Origin: Neophaeotheca triangularis
Taxonomy: Eukaryota
Assembly (NCBI GenBank): GCA_054600435.1
Contig: BAAIJX010000046.1
Span: 62,001 to 126,000, forward strand
Direction of reading: 5' to 3'
Length of the DNA stretch: 64,000 nt
Shown: piece after piece, positions 1 through 11,574 of the stretch
Position numbering within the stretch: the first letter of the stretch is position 1
Layout: the number at the start of each line of letters is the position of its first letter
Position numbers and translations under genes: made by a program
The notes under the pieces: model-generated
The model's input: the letters and a program-made list of their open reading frames with translations, nothing else
What the model was told of the DNA's origin: nothing
The model's database searches: none

Positions 1-3000
1 CGAGAAGTGGCTGGGCTAGTGCGAGCGCTCGAGCCCGGTGTGATGTCCGCGAGAGCAGATGGCGGGTTCACCGACCCGGCGGCACTGGCTTGGCTGATCG
101 CGACGGACGGGCCGGCGTGATTGTCAGGTGACTCGTTGGATCCTCTCTCGGCAGAACGACCACGGTGATCGAAGGCTCTACCGACAACACTGCGTTCGCG
201 CACCGTCTTAAGTATGCGTCGACCGGCGCCGCCAAGGAGACCCCCGAGGGCACTGCCGCCTGGGGACTCAAGAGCCATCGGCGTCCCAGGTAGCCCCGGC
301 GATGGTGGAGGAGATTCTTGAATGGATCCTCGTTTATAGTCCGATTGCTTTACAGTCCTGACGGAAGCCGCGGTAGACATGATGGACTGCGCGCGGTCAG
401 GCATGTTAGGCCGCGGAGGTGTCGGATGCGCTGTCATGCTGTTCGGAGTTCCACTTCGAGAATGTTGACTAGTGTTTTCAAAGTAAGCCTCTGGCTGATC
501 AAGTTCGGGGCTAGCGGTCACGCTTTGAGAGAGCGGATGTTCGCCCTCTCTGGCCGCTTTCAAAGCAGTGTATATGCTTTCGTCACCTCTCAAGCTCTGA
601 CGACGGGCATCTTGGCTAATGGTACTGCTAGACGAGGCGGCAGAAGTCGGAGGAGAGTTAGGATTCGATAAGCCAGCGTTTGACTGGGTTCTTCCTCGAG
701 TACTTCTACCGGTACCGAGATTGATGAGTCGCTCGCCGAATCGCTTAACACCAGATCTGACGCGGTCAAGCACAGTCAGTGGCACAACGGCCTGATTGAG
801 ATCTTCGTTCGAGACTTCAATCTTACGATGATTGGTTTGGCGCGCGGGGTCAGTTTCTTCCAACCATTTGATCCGGTTGGGAAGGTCGGCAACTACCCAT
901 GGGTGATGCCTCACTTCCTCGAGCGTAATGCGTTTCTTGGGGTCTTTGATTAGGAGCCTTCGGAGAAGGTCAAGTAACTCATCGCTAAGGTCCTCATACG
1001 TGAGATCCAGCGGATCCCTGAAGATCCCGGGTCGGGGAAGATGTGCGCGTCCTTGCGATGCCGTTCTGGAATTGGCTGTTCCGACGACGGCTGTCGGTTG
1101 AAGCCTCTTGGTAGGGATGTAGATGTCCTCGTCGCAAATCTGCCGCATCATTACGTACTCATTATCAACGAACGGGGTCCTGGCAAAGAGCATGCAGTAG
1201 AGGGTTATCCCAAGTGCCCAAACATCAATGGCCTTTGATATTTCGGGAGCCTCTTTTTCGGCGTCGGTGATGCAAAGCTCAGGTGCATAGAAGGCGGCAG
1301 TACCAACGGTCTTTGCAAGCTCTTTGGCCTCGTTGTCGAGGTCTTTCGCGTCGTTCTCGGGCGTCCCTTCGCTATAATCATCGTGGCGAAGATTTTTGCC
1401 AAGGTACGAGACCCCAAAGTCAGAGATCTTCACACGATGGTCGTACGTTTCGAGAAGGTTGGGTGGCTTGATGTCCCTGTGGATAATTCCTTGTGCGTGT
1501 AAGTATTGTAGACCGAGCAATGTATCTCTGAATGCAATGCGAATACTTTGCACGGTCATGCAAGGCACGTACTCGAGCTCCGGGTTCAGATCGCTGTCGA
1601 AGATCTCGGCGACGGTGGAAGCCAGACTATCGCCGCTGCTTTGCTTGGTCTGACGAGGCGACATCGAGCGTTCGCTGGTGGCAAGGCTGGGAACCTCAGA
1701 CTGGTTGCCCGAACTAGAGCTGAAATCATAGGCTCCCCACATGGTACCCTCTAGTGCCGTTCCAAACAGTTCCGCGTGGGTTTTTGACATGACGGTCGGC
1801 GAGGCCGTTTCAGGCTCAGATGTCAAAGGCAGGAACTTTTCCGTTTCGGGGGACGGTACTTCACCCAGAGGCGGCAATGGGACCGGTGCTCTTGACAACC
1901 TGCGTGCTTCCCTAAGAGCAATATCGGCAGGCCCGTGAATCGACTCTACAGTCCCACTCGAAGTCCGCGACATCATGTCGTCCTCTGAAAGCTCGTCCTC
2001 AGAATCCCCTCCATTTTCCAAGCTGAAAGCGTTAATGTTCTCAGTGTACTCTCGTCTGAGCGCCCGCAAACTCCTAACCTGCCTCCTCTTTTGGCGTGCC
2101 AGCCTCTTCTTCGCTTCGGTCAAGAGGGCTTTGTCCTCCAACTCAGCTTGTGCGTCGCCACGTCTGTGCGCTTCTGTCTCGAAACGTCTTGCTTCGACTG
2201 TCGCAATCTCTTTTTGTGCTTTGGTCCGCCAGTCGATTTCCCCTCGTTCAACCCACTCAAGCACAATGTACACCTTCTTCCTCGAAGGGTCGTCAATAAC
2301 TTCAAGCAGAGCCACGACGTTGGGATGCCTCGCTTTTTTCAGCACAGCTATTTCCTTCTTCACCTTGTCCTCAGCGTTACCTAGTTTGCCGAGTCGCCTT
2401 CTCTTGGAGTAGCGTTCCACGATCTTGATAGCAACGAACTGATTGTTAATGCCACTGCTGCAGTCTCGACCCAGCTTGACCTTGCCATGAGCGCCACGGC
2501 CTAGCTCATCCACTACCTCGTAGTGGTTGATCATCTTGCGGCCGGACTGGACGTCAATTTCTACATCTGCCACGTGCGTCTCCTTCGGTGCCTGCCTTTG
2601 CGTAAAATGCAGGAACGGGCTGGCGTAAGTGGACAGATGCTGCTCATTTTGATTGTATTCTGAATGAGCACGTGCTGAGGGCGGGCTATAGAGCCCGGAC
2701 CCTGGCGTACCAGCTGGTGAGTTACCAGCTGTCCTAGACCCGGAGCCATAATTGCTGGCGAGAGCCGAGGAAAAGGTATATATCTGAGGCGCGTTGCCAG
2801 GTTGTGAATTGCGCTGCCTGAGAATGGGTGCCACGTGTGGTGGGGGGTAGACCTGATCTTGAAGTGCCGCATACGACTGGTTAGGAAAGGCTGGTCTCTG
2901 TCGAGGCTGAGAGGTTGGGGTTACAGTCTTCGAGCTATCCGTGCTCTCGAAGCTCGCGTTGGTAAGGTGCGATACATCTCGGTGAACGGGCGGCCTAGTA

Positions 3001-3335
3001 CCAGGCGTCGTGGGCGGGAAGATGTGGCCGGTAGCTGTGGTTTCGTTTCCAGCAACGCTCGCAACCGGTCTCAGAGCGGGTGAGCGTGCCGTTTCTTGCG
3101 CTTGTCGTCTGTACCCGGCGGGGTCTGAGACAAAGTAGTCGCCCATACCATGGGCTTCTCTCGGCGACGACGGTGTGACTTGGACGGGTATGAGTGGAGG
3201 GTCGGCGTTTTGTGCGTAGTCGAGAGCCTGCTCGGTTTGTCCGTCGTCCTGTCCTCCTTCTTCCTCTCCTCGACGGTTTTGTACATCACCATGTCGGCCA
3301 CCATCTTCCTTTCTGGCAGAGTCTGAAGCTGCCAT
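1..3335 (-). CDS. Ser/Thr protein kinase, CaMKK family (Sak1/Ssp1-like, Snf1/AMPK-activating); 3' end beyond left edge of window
   Basis: Absent from the ORF track because no stop lies inside the window. Reading from ATG 3335: MAASDSARK...YASPFLHFTQRQAPKETHVADVEIDVQSGRKMINHYEVVDELGRGAHGKVKLGRD...VAIKIV...IIHRDIKPPNLL...VKISDFGVS...LAKTVGTAAFYAPEL. The HRD codon (1481) is in frame with the ATG, and an in-frame stop lies upstream at 3516-3518. Confidence 0.9.
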   Translation of the reverse strand, partial: MAASDSARKEDGGRHGDVQNRRGEEEGGQDDGQTEQALDYAQNADPPLIPVQVTPSSPREAHGMGDYFVSDPAGYRRQAQETARSPALRPVASVAGNETTATGHIFPPTTPGTRPPVHRDVSHLTNASFESTDSSKTVTPTSQPRQRPAFPNQSYAALQDQVYPPPHVAPILRQRNSQPGNAPQIYTFSSALASNYGSGSRTAGNSPAGTPGSGLYSPPSARAHSEYNQNEQHLSTYASPFLHFTQRQAPKETHVADVEIDVQSGRKMINHYEVVDELGRGAHGKVKLGRDCSSGINNQFVAIKIVERYSKRRRLGKLGNAEDKVKKEIAVLKKARHPNVVALLEVIDDPSRKKVYIVLEWVERGEIDWRTKAQKEIATVEARRFETEAHRRGDAQAELEDKALLTEAKKRLARQKRRQVRSLRALRREYTENINAFSLENGGDSEDELSEDDMMSRTSSGTVESIHGPADIALREARRLSRAPVPLPPLGEVPSPETEKFLPLTSEPETASPTVMSKTHAELFGTALEGTMWGAYDFSSSSGNQSEVPSLATSERSMSPRQTKQSSGDSLASTVAEIFDSDLNPELEYVPCMTVQSIRIAFRDTLLGLQYLHAQGIIHRDIKPPNLLETYDHRVKISDFGVSYLGKNLRHDDYSEGTPENDAKDLDNEAKELAKTVGTAAFYAPELCITDAEKEAPEISKAIDVWALGITLYCMLFARTPFVDNEYVMMRQICDEDIYIPTKRLQPTAVVGTANSRTASQGRAHLPRPGIFRDPLDLTYEDLSDELLDLLRRLLIKDPKKRITLEEVRHHPWVVADLPNRIKWLEETDPARQTNHRKIEVSNEDLNQAVVPLTVLDRVRSGVKRFGERLINLGTGRSTRGRTQSNAGLSNPNSPPTSAASSSSTISQDARRQSLRGDESIYTALKAAREGEHPLSQSVTASPELDQPEAYFENTSQHSRSGTPNSMTAHPTPPRPNMPDRAQSIMSTAASVRTVKQSDYKRGSIQESPPPSPGLPGTPMALESPGGSALGGLLGGAGRRILKTVRERSVVGRAFDHRGRSAERGSNESPDNHAGPSVAISQASAAGSVNPPSALADITPGSSARTSPATS

Positions 3336-5956
3336 GCTGTGCGCTGCCGCTGGGCGCTGGTGCTGCGATGTCTTCGTGGGCGGACCAGGCAGCGTCGAGT
3401 TCGGCGGGGACTGCGGGTGAGCAGCAGGACACCCTCTCTCATCCGCACTGGGTTCGGTTTGACATTGAGTGGTGAAGTCGGGCGAAGCAATGATTGCGCG
3501 AGCAACCGGCGTATGTTACAGCAGTAGTAGAAGCCGTATCATGGTCCAGTGCCAAGAGCAGACCTTCAGTGCACGGAGAGACTAGAGTGATGGGGTGATG
3601 GGATTGGGAGACGTTTGGGCGTGTGGGGACTGAGGTGATAAGCGGGCTCGGTTGACTGACGCTTGACGCTTGTTGGGGTTTTGTTGAGTAGTGACTCGCT
3701 CGGCGTCGGTCTTTGCGCTGTGAGTCTGTGTGGGTGTCGCTTCAGCGGGGCAAGATGCTGTACCCGGGGTAGTGGCGGAGGTGGTGGTGGAAATAGTAGG
3801 AGTAGGAGTAGTAGTGGTGGTGGTGGTGGTACGGAGGTACTGCACCTTTGGGGATTATTGTGTTGAGGATTTGCTGCCTGGGCTGGGAGGAAAGCAGCAG
3901 AGCAGCAGCAAGCAGCAGCAGAAGCGACGAGGGCAAAAGTCAAAACCAGTCACCACCCGGACTAGTACTGTAGGAGGTACAGTACATTATTAGGCATGTA
4001 GTACCAAGTCACTACCTACAGTAGTAACTTATTGCTGGGAACTACCCAACCTAACCTAACCTACTCTTGTTGCCAATGCTCGCCCGATCGATAACAAACG
4101 TCGTTATCCAACATTACCTTGTTGCAGTGAGGTACAAATAGCAGATCTACATGGCACGTGCGCAGTTCAATAGACTTGTCAGTACCTACTGTGTAGTAGG
4201 AAGTACATGGTAGTAAGTTAGCTGGAAAGCGTTGAAGAGGAGAGGAGAAGAGGGGTGGCAGGTATCATCTTGTCGCTGTTGTTGTCTCGTTACATCTCTA
4301 CATGACCAACCTAACTCATTCACGACTGGGACCATTTTATGTAATAAAAGTTGGTAGTCACTGGTGTCAATAATAGTAGTACCTCCTGATGCGGGCAAGG
4401 AGCTGGGCCAATAATCCCATCCAATCCAGCGGCTACCGCGCTACAGACCAGACCTGCAACTTGGATTGTCACCTTTAATGGTACTACACAGGTAGCATCT
4501 CAGCATCAATACTTATCTCACGTAGTGGCAGAAGGCCGACGTCGGGTCTCAACAACACCTTCGTCCCACGGAGAAGAAATGCATGTTCAAACCGACGAGG
4601 CCAACAAAGCGGCCAGCATGTCGCCCGCCCAACATTCTACAGCTAGGTACTAAGGTAGGCAAACTGTTCATGCACAGCAAATATTCTCGCGTGCCTGCAG
4701 CTACCCAGACGTCTTTCATTGGCTACAGGCGAAAAGGAAATGCACGAAAATGTGCCATTTGCGGAAGCAGTCAGTCGAGCCAGGACAGTCTTTTAGGGGT
4801 ACCCCGTCTACAGCATGTGCAGTTGTTTCAGTCCTAGGCCGATCATCTGATAGCGCACTAACACTGTTAAAGGCCGGTCAATGTCTATCGCTTGGGCTTG
4901 GCGTTAAAACAGTTGGATGGTGTGCGACACCCGGATGCAAATTGTTGCTCATGCATGCAGGTGACACTCGCAATCGAGTGATCGCATCTCACGTCGCACC
5001 TCTACTCTCGCTTGCCTACAGTACCGTTGGCAGGGTTTCGATTGCTCTTTTGCACCTCGAAGGCCGCCTCGGAACGGAGCGCTGGGCGGAGGCCACTCAA
5101 AAACCGCGTTGTAGCATGTAGGCGTAGGGACGCCGCTTACCGTATGGGGAACCTGCCCTCTGGTGGCTTGGGGTGCATACAGGGCACACTACTGCTGCTT
5201 GGTACTGTGCCATAGATACCTAGGTACCGAAATGTGAGTATCTATCAGAGTGCTGAGTTCTCCGTCTCGACATGGTACTCAACGCTCATGAACTATAAAT
5301 CTTCAAGGAGTGTCAAACCGTCATGGCTGGCGCTTTGATTTCAGCGATATTGGATGGAGAGTACTAAAACGGCCATGAAGATATCGGTAACAATGATGTC
5401 TGCTATACGACATCTTCAAACCATAGCTGCCTGCTCTTAAGCTTGTACCAGTAGGGCGCCACCCACTACCTAGGTACCTATTATCTCGCAGTGACCGCGA
5501 GTGACCTAGCTGAGCCGTCGAATTTGCCCCTCCACCAACGGACGGGAGTCGACCAAGCCATGCTTTCATAAGCAGCTCAATTGAAGTCTGGTGATTCGTC
5601 CAAACGATGCGACACACTGTCCCGCGATGCGCTTCGGGCCCGGGCTTTTCCTCCCTACAGGTCGTTGTCAGCCCCCTACTAGTATACGCGACCGCTTGCG
5701 TTACGAGATAACAGCAGTCGCTTCGAGTTGCCGCGGTGGCCACGAGTGACGACGTAACTTCCGCCTCTAGACGAAGTGCCGCCTGAGGCCACGTACAAGA
5801 ATCCCGAACGCACGAGCGGACCAACATTACTGCGTATCCGTCGCGGCGATTCGCATTCTTGCATTGCCGACTGCGAAGAAAAATGGCTCGTGGAAGTTGC
5901 GCGATCCTGCCATGTCGGGGAGTGGCCTTACTGAATCCTGGCGTGTTTGAATCCAC

Positions 5957-6646
5957 TCAGCTTTCGTCGACGAGAGCGGCCTCCTCTCTGCGCTCCCTCT
6001 CCGCGTCTTCCTCCGCCTCCCGTTGTCTTACTAGCGTAGCCTCCACCAAGTCGACCCCCTCGATGCCCATAGCTTTTCCTTCAGCGTCGCCCTCTGCTCC
6101 TTCCTTGGTAGCCACCCCAACGCCATTGGCACCTTCCAAAGCTTTGACCTCCCTTTGTTTCGCGATCCTTTCCCTAACCATTCTCGCAATCGCATTGTCA
6201 GTCCTTACCCCAAGAACCTCCATCTTCCTGTCAAGATCGCGCTTCAAGTCCCAGTTGGCCTTTTTCGGCTGAAGCTTCAGCACGTCCAGCGGTTGATCCT
6301 CATGCTCTACTTCCTCAGCCTGCCTCTTTGTCTCAGCAGCGAGAGCAGCAGCTTTGCTTTCGATAGTTTCTTGAGATTCTGAAGGGTTTTCTTCGAAGCC
6401 CAGACGCGGGGCGCGCGTAGTAGAATCGTAGTTTCGGCCTGACAGGTAGCGTGAGACATCAGGTGTGCCCTCCTCTGCGGTGGGTACTTCTGTCGCTGCC
6501 TGTGGTTTTGGCGACTTTGCGACCGGCTCGCCGTCCTCGGGAAGCTCTTGGTAGGTATCCGGTTGTTTGCGCTTCAGGGATTTGAGTGAAGCCAGGCGTG
6601 CTTTGCGATCCTGAGACGCGGCGTTAAGCGTAGCGTGTGTGGACAT
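5957..6646 (-). CDS. cwf18: Pre-mRNA splicing factor Cwf18 (CCDC12 family)
   Basis: 229-aa ORF with DRKARLASLKSLKRK, YLSGRNYD and QPKKANWDLKRDL...RTDNAIARMVRERI, motifs typical of Cwf18/CCDC12. Confidence 0.85.
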   Translation of the reverse strand: MSTHATLNAASQDRKARLASLKSLKRKQPDTYQELPEDGEPVAKSPKPQAATEVPTAEEGTPDVSRYLSGRNYDSTTRAPRLGFEENPSESQETIESKAAALAAETKRQAEEVEHEDQPLDVLKLQPKKANWDLKRDLDRKMEVLGVRTDNAIARMVRERIAKQREVKALEGANGVGVATKEGAEGDAEGKAMGIEGVDLVEATLVRQREAEEDAERERREEAALVDES

Positions 6647-6872
6647 GTCGGATAATCAACAGTCGCAAGGATCAATGTGTAAATGAGGTAGAGGGTCGAA
6701 GTGAAGGCGATCTGGAAGTTGTTGGGTAGCCATCCGAAATATTATCAATTACGGAGAGCCGGATATACCTCGGTGTTGGAGCTCGAGCTCCCCTTTCTCA
6801 AGAAAAAGTTCAACGTCCTCTCCAACCTCATCCTTGACATTCACAAAACTGAACATTAACAGATGCCCGCCT

Positions 6873-9347
6873 ATGCCACGATGGTTTCTAGCCCCACGCC
6901 AGGTCACTGCTAGTACCGCTTTCCGGCCGCGCCTCACTGCTCGGCTTTCTCCATTCCAATGGCAGAGGTACACGACCGTGAAGACGCAAGGAAATGAATC
7001 GCGGGAACAAGTCTCGTCCGCTGACGAGCAGTTGCTAAGGCTGAAGTCGGGGGACGCTGCTCTGGTACGCGACCCTCAATCGCCGTCTGCGAGAGACGAT
7101 GCCCTGGACTTCATTCTGGCTGGGTACGAGGCTCAGCCGAGGAGCACAGGAAAAGCGAGGCAGCACTGGAACGAGGCAACAGCAAGACAAGCCAAAAACA
7201 CCAAGCGTACCGAGAAGATCGACGACGGGACTCCAAGCGTTGATTTAAAGTCTCCCTCAAGCGACCGAAAGACTCGAAAACAGCGAATACGCCAAAGCAC
7301 GAGTTTGAGCACCTCCCAAAGGTCAGCCCTGGCCGACCCTCACGGCAAATCAAGAACAACATCGCAAAGATTCGACCGAAAGATTGAACGACTTGTGAGC
7401 CGGCGGATACGGGCAAATGCAATTCATCCTAAGAATTTGCGTCCTAGATATGCAAGCGTCAATGTGCGGAGAGCATTGCCGTCACCATTCGCGCTTACTT
7501 TTTGGAGGACGAGGTTCGCTCCGCTTGCGCGAAAGTACGATGTTCATGTTCAAGACGATCACAAGGATCTGAAAAACAAACCTCATCGGGATGATAGGGT
7601 CGCAAGTTGGGTCGCTGCAATGAAAGCAGACCTCAACGCCGATCGAGAGCTCGTGTGCATCTCGCGCATTGGTGAGGAGACTATCCAGCCTCCCAGCAGG
7701 ATCTGGATGACACTGGCGCTGTACCTCATTCGGTATGAAATTGAGATTCTCCCGGACTTCCTCCGCTCTTCGCATGCACTGCCCTGGGCTCACGCAGAGT
7801 GTGTAGCAGACTGCTTGCAATACCTGGCCCAGCATTATGCAATGGATTCTGGAAGACACCGGCAGATGCAGGACTTGGTCAACCTTTTTGGCTTGCTAGC
7901 ACAGAGGGCCCCTGATGACCCTCTTGCGCTCTACACAAATTTCGTTCGCTTGCTAATTCCACATTGCACTCACGAGCAAGTAAGCGAGGTGTATCGCGTT
8001 ATCAAAGTGCATGGAGTTCGGGTCCATGGTAATACTTTGCTTCACCTTACGACTTTCTTCGCGAAGAACGAACATTTCGACCAGGCTCTGGATGCGCTAC
8101 TGGCTGCTCATGCTGCAGGCGCAGATCTCAAATCCGTGCCTTTCCGAAGTGCTTGCTCTACCCTTTTGAGGAAAGCAATGCGGCAACCCGGTGGCCTTCG
8201 AGTGTGTCTGCGGCTCGTTGATAATCTGGTCGGCATTGGCTTGCAGCTCAACAACCAGCTTTGCAACATCATCATGTTGAACGCGATTGAAGCCGGCGAC
8301 CTCGATACCGCTTTCTCAATTTATACATCGTTGGTTGATCATGGGCTCAAGCCCGATGCTCACACCTACGCAATCCTGCTCAAAGGTTGCAAGATGCAAA
8401 TCGACGACGCGGACACGCTCAACGACATCGTTCGCAGCGCTGTTCGCGACATAGACGTACTGCATCATCCAGTGGTTGCATCAGAAATCTTACATTGCTT
8501 GGCTCTCCACCACACCAAGCAGAATCCTGAGCAAGCATTCGCTATCGTACTTGACGCCTACGCAGAGCTCTTCAACACAACGCCTCTTGTTGAGCTAGGC
8601 GTTCCTATCCAGGCAGATCGATCCCAGGCCGCTAGAAGCAAGAAATCACCGTCGCCCCCGCCGCAAGCGATCAGCATTATGCTGAATACCTATCTCTACC
8701 ACGCAAGTCAAGTCACCGGCACCCAGGCCGCTCTCGAGCAAGTGTACGACATATACCAGCGCTACCGTGAACTCGCTCTCTCGGGTCAGGAACCATTCGC
8801 CACGCTCATTGGATCCGACTACGTAGCCAACGGTTTTATGATGGCTTTCAACCGAAATCGTCGAACGTTGATCCATTCCGCTCAAGTCATAAGGGACATG
8901 CAACAGCCTTTGCCTTCCACAAACTCGAGTCCGGAGAAACGGCTTCGACAATGCCCGCCAACGGTCATATCGTGGACCATATTCCTACACGGTTTCCGCC
9001 AACACCAGCAAATGAAGCTGGCTGCGCAGGTGCTACATTACATGCGTAGCAGGAGCATCGAGCCTGACAACGTCACTTGGAACTCGCTGATTGCTGGCTA
9101 CGCCAATGTCCAGAACTTTGAAGGCGTGTTCGATACCTTGAGACACATGGAAGCAGCGGGTGCAGTATGGGATGAATGGACGTACAGCGGACTTAGGAGG
9201 TTAAGGGATCAGTGGCGCTTGCGGGAGGAACTGGAGCAGGTGAGGCGAATGAAGAAGCTAGATTTCACGGGTGAATTGCGAGAGGGTCTTCAGCGCCGAC
9301 TGGCAGAGCCTGAGGATGAGGTTGTTCCGCATAATTTGCCAGAGTAG
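6873..9347 (+). CDS. Pentatricopeptide-repeat (PPR) protein, probably mitochondrial
   Basis: First ATG at 6873 gives an Arg-rich presequence-like N-terminus (MPRWFLAPRQ...). PPR-like repeats: LCNIIMLNAIEAGDLDTAFSIYTSLVDHGLKPDAHTYAILLKGC; VISWTIFLHGF...MRSRSIEPDNVTWNSLIAGYA. Confidence 0.85.
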   Translation: MPRWFLAPRQVTASTAFRPRLTARLSPFQWQRYTTVKTQGNESREQVSSADEQLLRLKSGDAALVRDPQSPSARDDALDFILAGYEAQPRSTGKARQHWNEATARQAKNTKRTEKIDDGTPSVDLKSPSSDRKTRKQRIRQSTSLSTSQRSALADPHGKSRTTSQRFDRKIERLVSRRIRANAIHPKNLRPRYASVNVRRALPSPFALTFWRTRFAPLARKYDVHVQDDHKDLKNKPHRDDRVASWVAAMKADLNADRELVCISRIGEETIQPPSRIWMTLALYLIRYEIEILPDFLRSSHALPWAHAECVADCLQYLAQHYAMDSGRHRQMQDLVNLFGLLAQRAPDDPLALYTNFVRLLIPHCTHEQVSEVYRVIKVHGVRVHGNTLLHLTTFFAKNEHFDQALDALLAAHAAGADLKSVPFRSACSTLLRKAMRQPGGLRVCLRLVDNLVGIGLQLNNQLCNIIMLNAIEAGDLDTAFSIYTSLVDHGLKPDAHTYAILLKGCKMQIDDADTLNDIVRSAVRDIDVLHHPVVASEILHCLALHHTKQNPEQAFAIVLDAYAELFNTTPLVELGVPIQADRSQAARSKKSPSPPPQAISIMLNTYLYHASQVTGTQAALEQVYDIYQRYRELALSGQEPFATLIGSDYVANGFMMAFNRNRRTLIHSAQVIRDMQQPLPSTNSSPEKRLRQCPPTVISWTIFLHGFRQHQQMKLAAQVLHYMRSRSIEPDNVTWNSLIAGYANVQNFEGVFDTLRHMEAAGAVWDEWTYSGLRRLRDQWRLREELEQVRRMKKLDFTGELREGLQRRLAEPEDEVVPHNLPE

Positions 9348-9990
9348 TTGGTACGAACTTGTTGCTTATACTGATCGCTGAGTTGCCCGCCTTCTTGGCC
9401 AACGGGAAGCTTCGTCCCTCGAATGCCTGTTGTGCAAGCCTACCTGAACTGCAAGAAGTTTGTCAACAGAGGTATTGTCAGCCGCACTGAACTTGTAGAA
9501 AAGTACAAAATATGCAAGGCTACCTGGATGATGAACCGCAGCTGGAGACTGAGCCACGATCACTGCCTTGAGGGCCGCTTTTCGACCGTGCTTTCTGATA
9601 CAAAAGCCATTCACCTCTCTTCTGCAAGAAGCAATCCGTGCGGCCACAATGCTGGTAGACTTGGCCTTGTCGGTGGAGGAGAAGGATCCCGACGTTGAGC
9701 GCAGACCAGCAGAGCCTGACGATAAAGTTGCTCCGCATATCTGAGCGCTCCATGGAGACTTCTTCGGAGACAACCGCGAACGACGCATCTTCACAGAATC
9801 TTGATAGAATTTATCGTTGCCATGGATTAGTACTCGTATCGCTTGCTCGCTCGCTCGCTCATAACGCGTGGGAACCGCTTTGCGCCAGAAAAGCCCTAAG
9901 ACATGCGCAAGACGATTAAATCAAGTAGGACCCAATCGCTCGAAACGCTCACAGAGCCCATGAAAATTGAACTCTTTTCTCCTTCTAGCT

Positions 9991-11574
9991 CTACCACGAG
10001 AGCACAACAGCAGACATGACCGCCGCGGCCAACGCTCCTATGCCACTTTTTCCCACGAACTGACCCTTGACTACCGAGGCAGCGACCGATGTCTGCCCAC
10101 AACAGCGGCCGTTGTACTCGACGCCATTAGCGCGCGCGGCGACTTCAAACACCGAGCCGGCTTCGGGTTCGCCGACGTTGTAGTAGTCTACGAGGAGGAA
10201 GTTGGGCGGTCGATCCCACATCTCTAGGCAGCGAGTCTACGTTAGAAAAGTTTTAGCGTATAGGAGGGAAAGGGAAACTAACCGGTGCAATCCCGGTTCA
10301 TGGCGCCGAGCATACCGCGGTCGTACCCTTGAGCGTTGGTGTTGTTCAGCTCCGATGTTGTGGGAATGAGGATGGCGCCAGTGTCGCCGCCCGTGTCGGC
10401 CCCGCCGAGACCAAAGGAGCTGAGACTGATGGCAGTATTCTTGGCACTGTCAGTTTGCATGGAATCAGAAGCGACGGAATTGGAGACTCACCAGATTATG
10501 GTTGGCCAAGTACATGTACCGTTCTCGTGCAGCTTCCTCCGGGAGATTCGGCGGTCGCTGCTGTGTGCAGGGGAAACTTTCGTTGGTGGGTGAAAAAGGC
10601 GTTTCCCACATGTGCGTGAATTCGTTCAGGATGTAAGGCACCTTTTGCTGGTTGGCTTGGTAGTCCATGAACATGACGACGCGCTTGCCGCTGATGATCA
10701 TTTCACCCAGAGTAGGCCATTGATCGCGGTGTTGGGGGATGTACTCTGGCTCGTAGAGGTACTCCCGGATGCCTGAATTCTCAATGGCAGAGGTGTAGTT
10801 GCCGACACCCAGGTACATGCTGTTTACGATAAGAACAGTAACCACGTCGTAAGGATTGGCCTCTAGCCAACGGACGATTGTCTCGAGTTCGGTCTGCCAG
10901 GGGCCTGCATTGAGAAGATCGCAGGAGCTGTGGCACATGTAGATCGTGCCATTTTCCAGCCTCGTCTCCCCTTGAATCATCCGTACCCCATCATTGAGCT
11001 GCTGTATGATACCCAACTCTTGGTTGCTAGCCGCATTGTTCTCGACGTCAAAGGCCGAGTTGTGCGCGCATACTTCGGTAATGTTGCTGTATTGGCGATT
11101 GCAAAATTCAGGGTAACCGTTGCAAGGGATGGTGTTGACGGGCGCGGTAGAGCTTGCTGTCGAACTAGCTGTTTCGGCAGAAGTGCTTGATGCTGTTGAT
11201 ATCGGGCTGCCGCCAATGACTGTCAGGCTATTTTCTTTCGATGTTCGCGTTACTCGTGTTGCCGAGAAGTCAGACCCGGAAACAAAGGAGGAAGTGGATT
11301 CGTCTATCGAGGTCTCGTTTGCAGTTGTGGTTGTTTGGGGATTCACTGTGATCTGGACCGTAGGACTGGCATAGGTGATATCCGATCCAGTGATTTGTGT
11401 AAGGGCAACGAGGTCGCCTGTAAGTGCCCTGGTTGTTTCAAAGGATCCGGTTGCGGTCGTCGCTGAGCTCCCCAGCCTACTACTACTGGATGGCGCATTG
11501 TCATCTGCGCTGTCACTCTGTGCTCTCGCACTGAGCATGTGTAAGGACAGCAGCAATAGCTGAGTGGGCAGCAT
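9991..11574 (-). CDS. Secreted, probably GPI-anchored PLC-like phosphodiesterase (PI-PLC X-domain-like); exons 11574-10492, 10439-10283, 10223-9991
   Basis: Signal peptide, Ser/Thr-rich stalk, CNGYPEFCNRQYSNITEVCAHNS, QLNDGVRMIQ, MCHSSCDLL, WPTLGEMI..GKRVVMF, WETPF, WDRPPNFLLVDYY and a hydrophobic C-terminus. Two GT-AG introns with branch sites restore the frame. Confidence 0.85.

Noticed and set aside
3566..3993. Several ORFs with poly-P/L/T/V/H tracts
   Set aside because: They arise from GGT/AGT/CAG triplet simple repeats in the kinase upstream region; not credible as proteins.
4045..4063. CCTAA repeats as interstitial telomere
   Set aside because: Only two or three pentamer units and not CCCTAA; simple sequence.
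5115..5160. GCGTAGGGA resembling the 3' end of a TPP riboswitch
   Set aside because: The upstream CTGAGA and GAAC.TGAT...TAAT elements are missing, and no thiamine gene is adjacent.
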